This document shows, one piece after another, positions 1 through 9,944 of a stretch of DNA of 64,000 nt. Below the pieces are notes generated by a model. The model worked only from the letters and a program-made list of their open reading frames with translations, was not told the DNA's origin and did not search any database. The first letter of the stretch is position 1. The number at the start of each line of letters is the position of its first letter. The position numbers and the translations under genes were made by a program. Source of the DNA: an uncultured Chthonomonadaceae bacterium (GTDB lineage: Bacteria; Armatimonadota; Chthonomonadetes; Chthonomonadales; Chthonomonadaceae); NCBI GenBank assembly GCA_963835065.1, contig CAWIEK010000033.1, positions 1 to 64,000 of the forward strand, read 5' to 3'.

Positions 1-20
1 TCAACGCGCAGGAGGAGCGG

Positions 21-470
21 ATGAAGTGCCGGGAATGTCAGCAGGAAAAAGCGAATACAGAATTTGGTTTTCGCAATATAGCGGCAGGAATTCAGCACAC
101 CATCTGCCGTGACTGTAAACGCGCTTACGATAGACTCCACTACCATCGCCATATTGATGAGTATAAACAGCGTGGCGCAATACAATCCAAAGTGGTTCGT
201 AATGAACTGCTGCGGAAACTCTACAATTATCTGCGCGAACATCCTTGCGTGGACTGTGGCGAGGCCGACCCACTGGTGCTTGACTTCGATCATCGGGATC
301 AGGCATCGAAACGGCATAGCATCAGCAATATGCGCGGGTTGTGCTACTCGTGGGAAAAGATTCTGGAAGAAATCGCCAAATGTGACGTGCGTTGCGCCAA
401 CTGCCATCGCCGCCGAACCGCGAAACAATGCGGCTGGTATTTTCCTTCAGACGAGGCTTCCCCCTCCTGA
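21..470 (+). CDS. HNH endonuclease-like zinc-finger protein
   Basis: GGAGGAG RBS; CxxC pairs (CREC, CRDC, CVDC) and DFDH...CDVRCANCH HNH-type signature. Confidence 0.75.
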   Translation: MKCRECQQEKANTEFGFRNIAAGIQHTICRDCKRAYDRLHYHRHIDEYKQRGAIQSKVVRNELLRKLYNYLREHPCVDCGEADPLVLDFDHRDQASKRHSISNMRGLCYSWEKILEEIAKCDVRCANCHRRRTAKQCGWYFPSDEASPS

Positions 471-486
471 AGTCCGCCAGATTTTG

Positions 487-516
487 CTCCGTGTTCTCCG
501 TGTCCTCCGTGGTTAA
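487..516. repeat. 9-mer tandem array (CTCCGTGTY)x3 ending GGTTAA
   Basis: ctccgtgtt ctccgtgtc ctccgtggt taa between the convergent HNH and cdsA genes. Confidence 0.8.
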
Positions 517-519
517 CAC

Positions 520-1465
520 TTAATAGCCCGCTAGAAAGTGCAGGTAGCAGAAGGCAAGCGGCGTGACGAAGAGCAGGCTGTCGAAGCGATCCAGCGCGCC
601 GCCGTGTCCGGGCATGATATTGCCGAAGTCCTTGATGCCGATTTCGCGCTTTAAGGCCGACTCGAACAGGTCGCCCCATTGCCCCATGATGCCCGCCATG
701 CCGCCAATAACCAGACCGTGAACAAGCGGCAAATGTATCCACGCCCCGAACAACGCGCCCGTAATCAGAGCGAATATCAAGCCACCAAGCGAACCTTCCA
801 CCGTTTTGCCGGGAGAAAGCGTGGGCGCGAGTTTGCGCTTTCCAAATGCTTTTCCCGATCAGATATGCGCCCGTGTCTGTCGCCCACACGCACACGGCCA
901 CGAGCAGCATCAGCCACGCGCCCACTTCCCCCAACCCGAACGGAGCCACGTACAGCAGGTTGAAGGAGACCAGATCGCTGACGCCCGCATAATGGAACTC
1001 CAGGCCGCGCAGCCAGACAAGACTGCTCATCAGCAGGCCGATGTAGACAAACCCCACAAGTCCGTACCATCGGCGCATCCGGCCCAACACTTTGCCCGTA
1101 TGCGCCGCCCGGCGCGTGAGCATGGCGAACAGCAGTACGGGCAGCAGGAGAAACAGCGCGTTCCTTGCGTCCGCGGGGGAGAATTTGCCGACGCCGTGTT
1201 GCCGGTGCGCCAGCCATGTCCACAGGGGCAGCGCAAGTCCGGCGCAAACCAGCAGAATGTTGACGCCGTTTTGCCAGGCGGGCAGGCGCTCTGCCTCTCC
1301 CAATTTCGCCTCGACGCTCTGCGCCCGTTGGTACGCCGCAATCCACTCCCACGCGGCCAGGCTTGCCACAACCGTCGCGCCAATGGCGAACGGCAGCAGC
1401 CCGCCGAAGCATAGCGCGAGGAAAATGCCGATGCCGACAAGGGCGCTCAGGGCGCGTTTTGCCAT
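520..1465 (-). CDS. cdsA: phosphatidate cytidylyltransferase (1 frameshift near 840)
   Basis: WATDTGAY in the first frame; SPGKTVEG and GDLFESALKREIGIKDFGNIMPGHGGALDRFDS in the second frame. Confidence 0.9.
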
Positions 1466-2913
1466 TTTTGGTTCCCTTCGCGGACGCGCACTTCCTGAGC
1501 GGCCTCTTCTACCTTCACCAGCGACAGCACGAACATGGCAATAGCAACGCTGACCGCGCACACGGCAAAAATCCAGCGATACCCGCCCCTATCCACGAGC
1601 AGTCCGGTAAGAACAGACGTTGCCGGCGCGGCAATGGAAAGCGCGGTGGACTGCAAGCCCGTATAAAATCCCACTTCGCTGTGCGGCACAATCCGCGTCA
1701 GGAGCGGGTACGCGGAAGCCGACTGCGCGGCGTTGCCCAACCCGGCAATCGCCAGAATCACGCTTATTTGCGGCAAGGTATGCACCCAACGCCCATTGAC
1801 GGCGGCAATCACAATCAGCCCCAATCCGAGCATCAATACCCGCTTTGGCCCGATACGGTCACACAGCCAGCCGAACGGCAGTACGCCAATCGCGGTGGCA
1901 ACCATCAGCACCAATGCCATGCTCTGCGCCTGCTGATCCGAACATTTCGTAATAGCCACTACGAACACGGTCAAAAACGGCAGCACGGCTCCAATGCCAA
2001 GCCCGGAAAAGAACAGGGTCAGCAGGGATTTACGCGCCTGCCGCAGCGTTTGCAGCCCATGGAGCGCGATAGCAACTTGCGCATACGGGCCGATCTTCTG
2101 CTGTTCGGGCGGCAGATTGGGTTCGCGCGTCTTCCAGCATGTCAGCAGGGTCGTCACCAGCATCACAACCGCGCACAATCCGAATTTCTGGTAGGCATGA
2201 AGTGGAGACAGGAGGAGCAATGCCTGCCCCGCCACGCCGAGAAACGTCCATATTCCCGTCGCGCGTCCGCGCTGCGCTTTGGGAATGATGTCGGGCATCA
2301 GGGCCATGTAGGGGTCTTGCGCAACGTTGAAGGCAATCGTGAACAGAAACACGCACAGCACGACAACAGCCAAATACAGCGACATTCCTAAAATATGCGG
2401 CTGTCCCGGCAAATGGCTGGCAAAGGGCGCTAGCAGCAGAAACAGGGCGGAAATCGGCGCAAAAATCAGCATGAACGGACGTCGCCGTCCCCATCGGGTG
2501 CGCAGGCGGTCGCTTGCCGTGCCGACAAGCGGCTGTATCACCGCGCCCTCGACGGAATGGGAACTGCCCATCAATCCGATCAGCACCCCACCCGCGCCCA
2601 AATGCTGCAGGTACAGCGTCAGCACGTAATTGTTGAGCGCGAAGAACATTCCATAGCCCAGATTGGCAACGCTGTACCACAGAGTCTTCCGCGTAAACTC
2701 CGCAACCGGCAAGGCTTCCCCGGCGTCATTCACTGCCGCCTCCGGCACAACGGTTAAATCAGCAGTTGTGCCGGCGATTAAACCATCGTTGCTGACAGCA
2801 GGGGCATCCGTATGCGGAGCAACGGTTGTAGCCGTATGCGGAACGGCAGTTGACGGTAGGGGTTCGGCGCGTTCTGCGGCTTCCTCTGGTTCATCTTCGG
2901 GCGGAACACTCAT
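1447..2913 (-). CDS. MFS transporter (GPH/sugar-type)
   Basis: About 12 hydrophobic segments; SDRLRTRWGRRRPF and DRIGPKR loop motifs. Confidence 0.85.
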   Translation of the reverse strand: MSVPPEDEPEEAAERAEPLPSTAVPHTATTVAPHTDAPAVSNDGLIAGTTADLTVVPEAAVNDAGEALPVAEFTRKTLWYSVANLGYGMFFALNNYVLTLYLQHLGAGGVLIGLMGSSHSVEGAVIQPLVGTASDRLRTRWGRRRPFMLIFAPISALFLLLAPFASHLPGQPHILGMSLYLAVVVLCVFLFTIAFNVAQDPYMALMPDIIPKAQRGRATGIWTFLGVAGQALLLLSPLHAYQKFGLCAVVMLVTTLLTCWKTREPNLPPEQQKIGPYAQVAIALHGLQTLRQARKSLLTLFFSGLGIGAVLPFLTVFVVAITKCSDQQAQSMALVLMVATAIGVLPFGWLCDRIGPKRVLMLGLGLIVIAAVNGRWVHTLPQISVILAIAGLGNAAQSASAYPLLTRIVPHSEVGFYTGLQSTALSIAAPATSVLTGLLVDRGGYRWIFAVCAVSVAIAMFVLSLVKVEEAAQEVRVREGNQKWQNAP

Positions 2914-3893
2914 CGCGGCATCTCCTGAGCGGCCCCGGCAATGGGCGCGGCAGTGGGTTGCGGTTGCTGGCTTGTGGCGGCGCTATGGCGGCGGGCGTAC
3001 TCATATTCGGCGGGCAGGTCAATATCGTAAGCCAATTCGGGCGGCGAGTGGCGTATGGCAATCCCCCGGCAGCCCGCAATCGCGCTCGCTTTGGCTTCCA
3101 GTTCCTCAACAGTCAGCCTCCGGGTAACAAATTTCAAAATGGTTCCCAATCCAATCAAGCGCGCCATCTGCCACTGGCTTTTACGGGCATCGAACAGGGC
3201 GCGCAGGTGCGACTCGTTGCGCAGCAAAGCCGCGCCATCTACCACAAACGCGCACCCAAGCGTATAACCGCCATCCCGAAGCCGCGCGTACTCATTTGAC
3301 GTTCCGGGAAAGCGACTGGTAAACTCCGCTTCCGTCATAATCGGCAGCGCAATATCGGCATCCGGCGGGCAAACCTCCAAAAATTTATTCAGCGCGTCCG
3401 CCGTCAGAAACGGCAAGTCTGTCGTGAGGATGAGAACTTTGGAGGTAGTTGATAGTTGATAGTTGATAGTTGATAGGAACTTCTCTTCTGTTCCCTGTTC
3501 CCTGTTCCTTGTCCCCTTCTTCTCTTCTTCTCTTCTTCTTTTCTTCTCTTCTTCCCCGCATTGCAGCGCAGACAGACCACGCAAAATGTTATCCGGTCCG
3601 CTTTCGCCTTCGGGCAGTAGAATGTCCGCGCCGGATGCCTGCGCTTCGGCCAACACCGCTTCGGGACCAATGACGGCAATGCGCCCGATACGCCCGGTTG
3701 CGCGAAGCGTGGAAATGGCGCGGCGCAGAATGGTTTCGCCGTCCAGTTCAATCAGGGCTTTGATTTCCGTGCCTGCCATTCGCGCGAACTCGCCCGAAAT
3801 CCGTCCTCCTGCGGGTAAAATTACATCCAGAAGCGGCGGCGCGTTCGGCACATCAGGGAGGTCTGGTAAATTGCGATTATCAGTTGTCAGCAT
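2910..3893 (-). CDS. MobA-like NTP transferase family protein with in-frame repeat insertion
   Basis: ILPAGG...KALIELDG, TTDLPF, YDIDLP motifs. Confidence 0.8.
   Translation of the reverse strand: MLTTDNRNLPDLPDVPNAPPLLDVILPAGGRISGEFARMAGTEIKALIELDGETILRRAISTLRATGRIGRIAVIGPEAVLAEAQASGADILLPEGESGPDNILRGLSALQCGEEEKKRRREEEKKGTRNREQGTEEKFLSTINYQLSTTSKVLILTTDLPFLTADALNKFLEVCPPDADIALPIMTEAEFTSRFPGTSNEYARLRDGGYTLGCAFVVDGAALLRNESHLRALFDARKSQWQMARLIGLGTILKFVTRRLTVEELEAKASAIAGCRGIAIRHSPPELAYDIDLPAEYEYARRHSAATSQQPQPTAAPIAGAAQEMPR
3446..3554. repeat. composite microrepeat (TAGTTGA)x4, (CTGTTCC)x3 and CTTCTCTT-type 8-mers, translated in frame
   Basis: Encodes EEEKKRRREEEKKGTRNREQGTEEKFLSTINYQLST within the NTP transferase. 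Confidence 0.9.
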
Positions 3894-3982
3894 GGCAGGG
3901 TATCCTTCTCGTTTCCAGTCGTGTATTCCTGCCTGATTATAACCCGGCTCCGGCGTACCTACATCCGCCGAAAGTCTCATAG

Positions 3983-4065
3983 GATTGACGATTTTCGATT
4001 TTCGATTGCCGATTGTGGATTGCGCCGGTTCTACTATCTACCTATCTACCCATCTACCTATCTAC
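3983..4065. repeat. composite intergenic microrepeat (GATTTTC-type, then CTATCTAC-type x4)
   Basis: gattttcgattttcgattgccgattgtggat (also at 35739-35769) followed by ctatctac 8-mers. Confidence 0.85.
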
Positions 4066-4152
4066 TGTCTTCCTAAAATTACGCAGGAAAAACGTCTGCC
4101 GAACGCGAACATGCCTGCCGGAAGCACGATTTTTCCAAAAGGAGCAGGCACA

Positions 4153-5052
4153 ATGAAACTGGTGCGATTTGAATATCAGGGCGTGGATTCGCTGGGCGCG
4201 CTGGCGGATGACAATACGGTCGTCAATCTGACGGCTTCGGAAGTGACGGGGCATATCGGCAACACGGCACACCGCTTTCCCCTGTCTATGTCGGGGTTTC
4301 TGGCGCGGGGGCAGGAGGGGATTGAGGACGCAAGGCGCGTGGTGGCGGAAGCCGGGGATGAATTGAAACTGCCGCTCGATCAGGTGAAATTGATGGCCCC
4401 GGTGGGCGATCCGGGCAAAATCATGTGCATCGGGCAGAACTACCGCGACCACTGCGAGGAGCAGAACCAGCCAATCCCCGAACGCGCCATTCTGTTCGCC
4501 AAGTACAGCAACACCATCAACCATCCCAATGGCGTGATCAAGCTGCCGAAAATTTCGGACATGAACGATTATGAGGCGGAACTGGCGGTTGTCATCGGCG
4601 GCGTGGGCGGGGGCGGCAGCGACATTGCCGAAGCCGATGCGCTTAACCATGTGGCGGGCTATCTGTGCGCTAATGACGTGACCGCCCGCGACATACAAAA
4701 AGGCGACGGGCAATGGGTGCGGGGCAAATCTCCCGACACGTTCTTCCCCATCGGCCCTTATCTGGTCACAGCCGACGAGATTGCCGACCCGCATAATCTG
4801 GACATTTCGCTGACGCTCAACGGCGAAACGCGGCAATCGTCCAACACGTCGAATTTAATCTTCAAAATCCCGTTCCTGATTTCCTACCTGTCGCAAACCA
4901 TGACGCTGCGCCCCGGCGACATTCTTTCTACGGGAACGCCCGGCGGCGTCGGCGTGTACAGCAACCCGCCTGTGTTCCTCAAAGCCGGCGACACGGTTGC
5001 CGTCACCATTTCCGGCCTGGGCACATTGACCAACACAGTGGCGGCAAAGTAG
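4153..5052 (+). CDS. fumarylacetoacetate hydrolase family protein
   Basis: KIMCIGQNY, DYEAEL, NDVTARD, GKSPDTF, TGTPGGVG; GGAG RBS. Confidence 0.9.
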   Translation: MKLVRFEYQGVDSLGALADDNTVVNLTASEVTGHIGNTAHRFPLSMSGFLARGQEGIEDARRVVAEAGDELKLPLDQVKLMAPVGDPGKIMCIGQNYRDHCEEQNQPIPERAILFAKYSNTINHPNGVIKLPKISDMNDYEAELAVVIGGVGGGGSDIAEADALNHVAGYLCANDVTARDIQKGDGQWVRGKSPDTFFPIGPYLVTADEIADPHNLDISLTLNGETRQSSNTSNLIFKIPFLISYLSQTMTLRPGDILSTGTPGGVGVYSNPPVFLKAGDTVAVTISGLGTLTNTVAAK

Positions 5053-5063
5053 GGGGAATTACT

Positions 5064-6105
5064 TTGAAAACAACTGCCAAAAATGTTGTCTTTCGGCGTT
5101 CGCCTTTAACGGGCGCTCTTGTACTGTGCGCGCTGATGCTGCTGCTGAAAACGGCGTCGGCGCAGCAGAACCATGCTGCAAAGATTACCAATGTAAAGGC
5201 GGCGGATGCTGTGGAAAAAGTGATTCTGGATACCGACATCGGCGACGATATTGACGACGCTTACGCCCTCGCGCTGCTGCTGTCGCGCCCGAACATCAAG
5301 GTGCTGGGCGTCACCACCGCGTGGGGGCAGACGCAGGAGCGGGCGGAACTCGCCGTCAAACTGCTGCATGTCATGGGCTACGACCATATTCCCGTGTACG
5401 CCGGACGGCGCGGAACCGCCACACATCGGGCGGCAGTACGAATGGGCGAAGCGGACGGAAGCCAATAGCGGTTCTGGCAAAAACGCGCTTCCGAGCGTAC
5501 AAAAAGACGATGCCGTCACGTTCCTGAAACGCGCTATCGAAAAATCGCCGGGCGAAATCACCTTAATCGCTATCGGGCCGCTCGTCAATGTGGGCGATCT
5601 GGTCACGCAGCACCCGGAAGTGAAAAGCAAATTGAAGCGCATCGTGATTATGGGCGGAGCCGTTCATGCGGGCTACGATGGCGTGTCTGCCCCCGACGCA
5701 GAATGGAACATCAAGTGCGACCCGCAGGCGGCCAAAGCCGTGTTTTCCAGCGGCATTCCGCTGACAATGGCCGGGCTGGAAGCTACCACCATGCTCAAGT
5801 TCGACGTGGAGCGGCAAAAACGCCTGTTCGCGCATGGCACACCGACAACGGACGCGATGGCCGCGCTGACTATTCTGTGGGGCAACAGCGTCCCGACCCT
5901 GTTCGACCCGATGGCAATCGCGTGGGCAACGGACGGCAAGTTCTGCGAAACCGAAACGCGCCATGTGGTTGTGGACGACGACGGCAAAACCCGCATCACG
6001 GACGGAACGCCCAACGTCACCGTGCTTATCAACCCGCAAAAAGAAGCGTTTTTAGATTGGTATATCACGTCGGTTGCGGGAATGGCAACCGCAAACGCCA
6101 AATAA
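5064..6105 (+). CDS. nucleoside hydrolase with signal peptide (frameshift near 5420)
   Basis: DTDIGDDIDD motif, IGPLVN, EWNIKCDP, LFDP. Confidence 0.85.
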
Positions 6106-6161
6106 CGGAAGAACAAACGAACAACAAATCACCAGCAAATCCAGAGGACGGAAACAAAATC

Positions 6162-7987
6162 ATGTTTGAATCGGTGCGCGTGGAAAAAACGGAGCGTCCC
6201 GCCGTTGTGGTTATCGGGATGTTCAAGGACAAGGATGCAGCAGGCGAGTTGACGCAGGTTTCGCCGGTTTACGGACGCCCTGTGGTCAGCGCGGCGCTTG
6301 CCCGGCGCGAATGGACGGGCGACGCGGGCAGCCTTGTCGAGGCGTTTCCACAGGGAGACAACGCGCCGCAGCGTATCCTGATCGTCGGGTTGGGCAAGCG
6401 CGACAAACTGAACGCCGAAACCATGCGCGAAGTAGCGGCCAAAGTGGGGCGGCGGTTGGCGCAGATCAAAGAGCCGACTGTGCGCGTGGAACTCGCCTCC
6501 ATCCTCAAAGCGGCAGGCGTGGACGAGGCCAAAATCACGCTGTACGGACGCTGTTGGGGCGAAAGCCTGGGACTGTTGGCGTGGAAAGCGCAAACGATGG
6601 CGGGCAGCGCGACCAAAAACAAGGCAAATTCTAATGCAGCCGATGCCGGAGCAAACGCAAATGCCGACAGCGCGAACGTGGAAAGCGGCGGCAACAGCGA
6701 ATTGAAAGCGACAGCAAAACCAACGGCATGAACGAAGTCGGCAGTGTCAGCGCGGCAGCGAATGGCGCAAATGTGGAAGGCGCTCCCGCAAGTAGCAGCG
6801 CAAACAGCGCGAACGAAGACGACGCGGCAACGGAAATGGGCAGCCTGACCGTCACGGCCTCGGACGCGGCGTTTACCGCAGGCATGGAATACGGCCTGAC
6901 GCTTGCCCACGCCGTCAACACCGCCCGCGCGCTCAGCCAAACCCCGCCCAACGTCGCCACGCCCCTCTACATCGCGCAGCAGGCGCTGCAGCTTGCGCAG
7001 GAAACCGGCCTGACCTGCCGCATCCTGCAAGGCGAGGAACTGGAACGCGAACACCTGTCCGGCCTAATCAACGTCGGCAAAGCGTCCATCAATCCGCCGT
7101 GCCTGATTCGCTTGGAATACACGCCCGCAGAAGGGAACAGGGGACAGGGAACAGGGAACAGGGCGGAGACAGGACAGGAAACAGGGATCAGGGAACAGGG
7201 AACAGCAGGAGCGGATTTATCCTTCATCCTTCATCCTTCATCCTTTCCTAACCCCCTCGTTTTGATTGGCAAAACCATCACCTACGACACCGGCGGGCTG
7301 TCGCTGAAAATCAACAACGGCATGGTGGGCATGAAGCGCGATAAGGATGGCGGCTGCGCGGTTTTGGGCGCGATGCAGGCCGTTGCCACGCTGCTCAAGC
7401 CCAACTTCCCGGTGGTAGGGTTGCTGGTGGCGGCGGAAAACATGGTCAGCGATGCCGCTTTCCGGCCTGACGACGTGCTGACGTACCGCAACGGCGTGAC
7501 CGTCGAAGTGACGAATACGGACGCGGAAGGCCGGCTGGTACTCGCCGACGCGCTGTGCTGGGCGTGTGAGCGGGAAAATCCGGGCGCGATTGTGGATTTG
7601 GCGACCCTGACGGGCGGCGTTGTCACCGCCTTGGGTTCCACGTATGCCGGGTTGTTCTGCGAGGACGATGGCCTGCGCGCGCAATTGGAACAGGCGAGCG
7701 AGGCAAGCGGCGAACGTATATGGCGCTTGCCCCTGCATCAGGAATACCGCGACATGCTGAAATCGCCCGTTGCCGACATTATCAATTCCAACCCGAACCG
7801 CAAAGCGCATCCCATACAGGGCGCGGCCTTCCTGAGTTACTTCGTTACGGATAATACGCCCTGGGCGCACATTGATATTGCGGGCGTTCACGCGGTAGAC
7901 GGCGACAATGGCCCGTTCGTAAAAGGCCCGACCGGCTACGGCGTCCGCCTCTTAGCCGATCTCGTCACTGCTTATGCTTCCGCCTGA
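6162..7987 (+). CDS. pepA: M17 leucyl aminopeptidase, split at 6728-6731 inside a low-complexity linker
   Basis: N-terminal domain (ILIVGLG) in 6162-6731; catalytic GKTITYDTGG, MKRDKDG, NTDAEGRL, DLATLTG, WAHIDIAG in 6728-7987. Confidence 0.85.
7132..7245. repeat. composite microrepeat (AGGGAAC)n ... (TCATCCT)x4, in frame in pepA
   Basis: Encodes GNRGQGTGNRAETGQETGIREQGT...LSFILHPSSF just before the GKTITYD motif. Confidence 0.9.
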
Positions 7988-8152
7988 TGTCATTCACAGG
8001 GACGCTCAACGCTTCAATTGTTCTATTGAGCCGTTTCGTGAACGTCTCGTTTGCAGCCGAGTTGTGAACGCCCCGTCTGATGAGCCTGCGGCCAACCGGT
8101 CTGCGACCGGAACACTCTTGTTCTTAAAACGTCCATTGCCGAGGAAAATACA

Positions 8153-9164
8153 TTGATTGGAATACGCCAACCGTTCTCCCCTCTCGCTGTCAAAATTGCG
8201 CTGGCAAGCCTCGCGTTGTGCAGCGTGATCGCCTCACCCACTCACGCCGACACCAAGCCTGTTGAGGAAGGCAAACAGCCTGCCGTCGAAGTCAAGCAAG
8301 ATCAAGGCAATGCAAAAGACGACAAGCCAAAAGACCAGAAGGCGGCAGGAAAGAGCGGCGGACAAGGCAGCGCGCCGTCCGGCGACAAAGCAGGCGCGGG
8401 AGGTGACAGCAAGGGCGGGCAGGACGCGGGCGATGCGGAAGATTTGATTAACCCGGATCGGCCCGGCATCGCCAACGGAAGCCAGGTGATCGGACCACAC
8501 CGGTTTCAGATCGAAGCGGGAGTACAAACCTATTTTCTAGGCGGGGGAAGTTCCACCGCGCGTTTATTGAGTGTGCCGACCCTGCTGCGCTTCGGGCTGG
8601 ACAAGCGCTACGAGATTCGCGTAGAAACCATCGGCTATTCGGCGTTAAGCGTGAGCGATCCTGTTGCGGGCTTGCAGCATGCGGAGGGTTTCGGGCAGAC
8701 TTCCATCGGGTTCAAGCGGACGTTTCAGGCGTCGAGTGGCGCGAAGCATCCGGGCGTGGGAACCATCGTCCGCTTCTTTCCCGCTTCCGGCGGGGGCGCG
8801 TTTCAAACCAGACACGCCACGTATGACGCCCTGCTGTGCGCCGATTGGGACTTTGCGCCGCATTTGTCGCTCAACCCCAACATCGGCTTCGGCGCATACG
8901 AGGACGGCAACGGTATTTTGTACGGCAACTTTCAACTTGCGTCCACGCTGACTTATGCGCCAACTACCCATCTCAACTTTTTCGTGGATTTCGGCCTTCA
9001 GGCCCCCGAAGCCGCAGGCGCAAGCGAGTCCCTGATTTACGACGGCGGCGTGACCTACATCGTCGGGCGCAACGTGCAATTGGATGTTTCCGTCGGCACG
9101 GGCGCGCGAGGCCATACATGCGCCGCATCCCTTCTGGTCAACCGGCGTCAGCGTCCGGTTTTGA
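8153..9164 (+). CDS. putative outer-membrane beta-barrel protein (MetA-pathway/transporter-like), frameshift near 9120
   Basis: Signal peptide, INPDRPG motif, amphipathic strands; the alternative frame ends FWSTGVSVRF-stop (beta-signal) at 9164. Confidence 0.65.
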
Positions 9165-9186
9165 GCCTCAAAATTCAGAAGATTGA

Positions 9187-9843
9187 TTAATCTTCTAAGG
9201 GCAGTATCCCCCGGCGGATGGCGTAGCGGACGAGGTCGGTTTGGGAGTGCAGGTCTAATTTTTGCAGGATGCGGGCGCGATGCACTTCTACGGTGCGGGA
9301 ACTGATGGAAAGCCGCTCCGCGATCTGGCCGTTGGCGGCTCCTTCCGCCGCCAGTTGCAGCACTTCGCGCTCCCGGTTGGTGAGCGTGTCGTAGACATCC
9401 AGCGTACCCGTCTGCGCCTGCTGAATATACGCTTCGATAGCCCGCTCGGAAAGCGGCGGGCACAAGTACCGATGCCCGCCCGCAACCGCGCGCACGGCTT
9501 CCGCCAGTGTTTCCGCGCTGGCGCTTTTCAGGATATAGCCCGCCGCCCCGTTGCGCAAGGCTTCCAAAACATAGGCTTCGTTGGCATGCATGGAGAGAAC
9601 GAGAACGCGGGTTTGCGGCGCGCGCTGCCGCACCTGCCGCGTCACTTCCAAACCGTTCAGCCCCGGCATCTGCACGTCCACAATCAGCACATCAGGCTGA
9701 AGACGCTCCACCAGCGCGCTCACTTGCAGTCCCTCGGCAGCCTCGCCGATAACCGTAAAGCCCGGCTCGGTATTCAGCAAGGTGCGCAGCCCCTGCCGCA
9801 CCACATGATGGTCTTCAGCCAGCACAAGGGTAATTTTGCTCAT
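9187..9843 (-). CDS. NarL/LuxR-family response regulator
   Basis: EDHHVVRQG, DVQMPGLNG, LTNREREVLQL...TVEVHR HTH. Confidence 0.95.
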   Translation of the reverse strand: MSKITLVLAEDHHVVRQGLRTLLNTEPGFTVIGEAAEGLQVSALVERLQPDVLIVDVQMPGLNGLEVTRQVRQRAPQTRVLVLSMHANEAYVLEALRNGAAGYILKSASAETLAEAVRAVAGGHRYLCPPLSERAIEAYIQQAQTGTLDVYDTLTNREREVLQLAAEGAANGQIAERLSISSRTVEVHRARILQKLDLHSQTDLVRYAIRRGILPLED

Positions 9844-9944
9844 TGCGTGTCTTTCGTTAGTTGATAGTTGAGAGATATCAAAGTTGAGTAGCGAGTACGA
9901 GGGAGCGAAGTGCTATCATCACTCATCATCAACTCATCAACTAC

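Noticed and set aside
3985..4152. N-terminal extensions of the FAH ORF (and of the DHDPS ORF to 33467)
   Set aside because: They run through intergenic microrepeat or inverted-repeat elements; better RBS-linked starts lie at 4153 and 33242.
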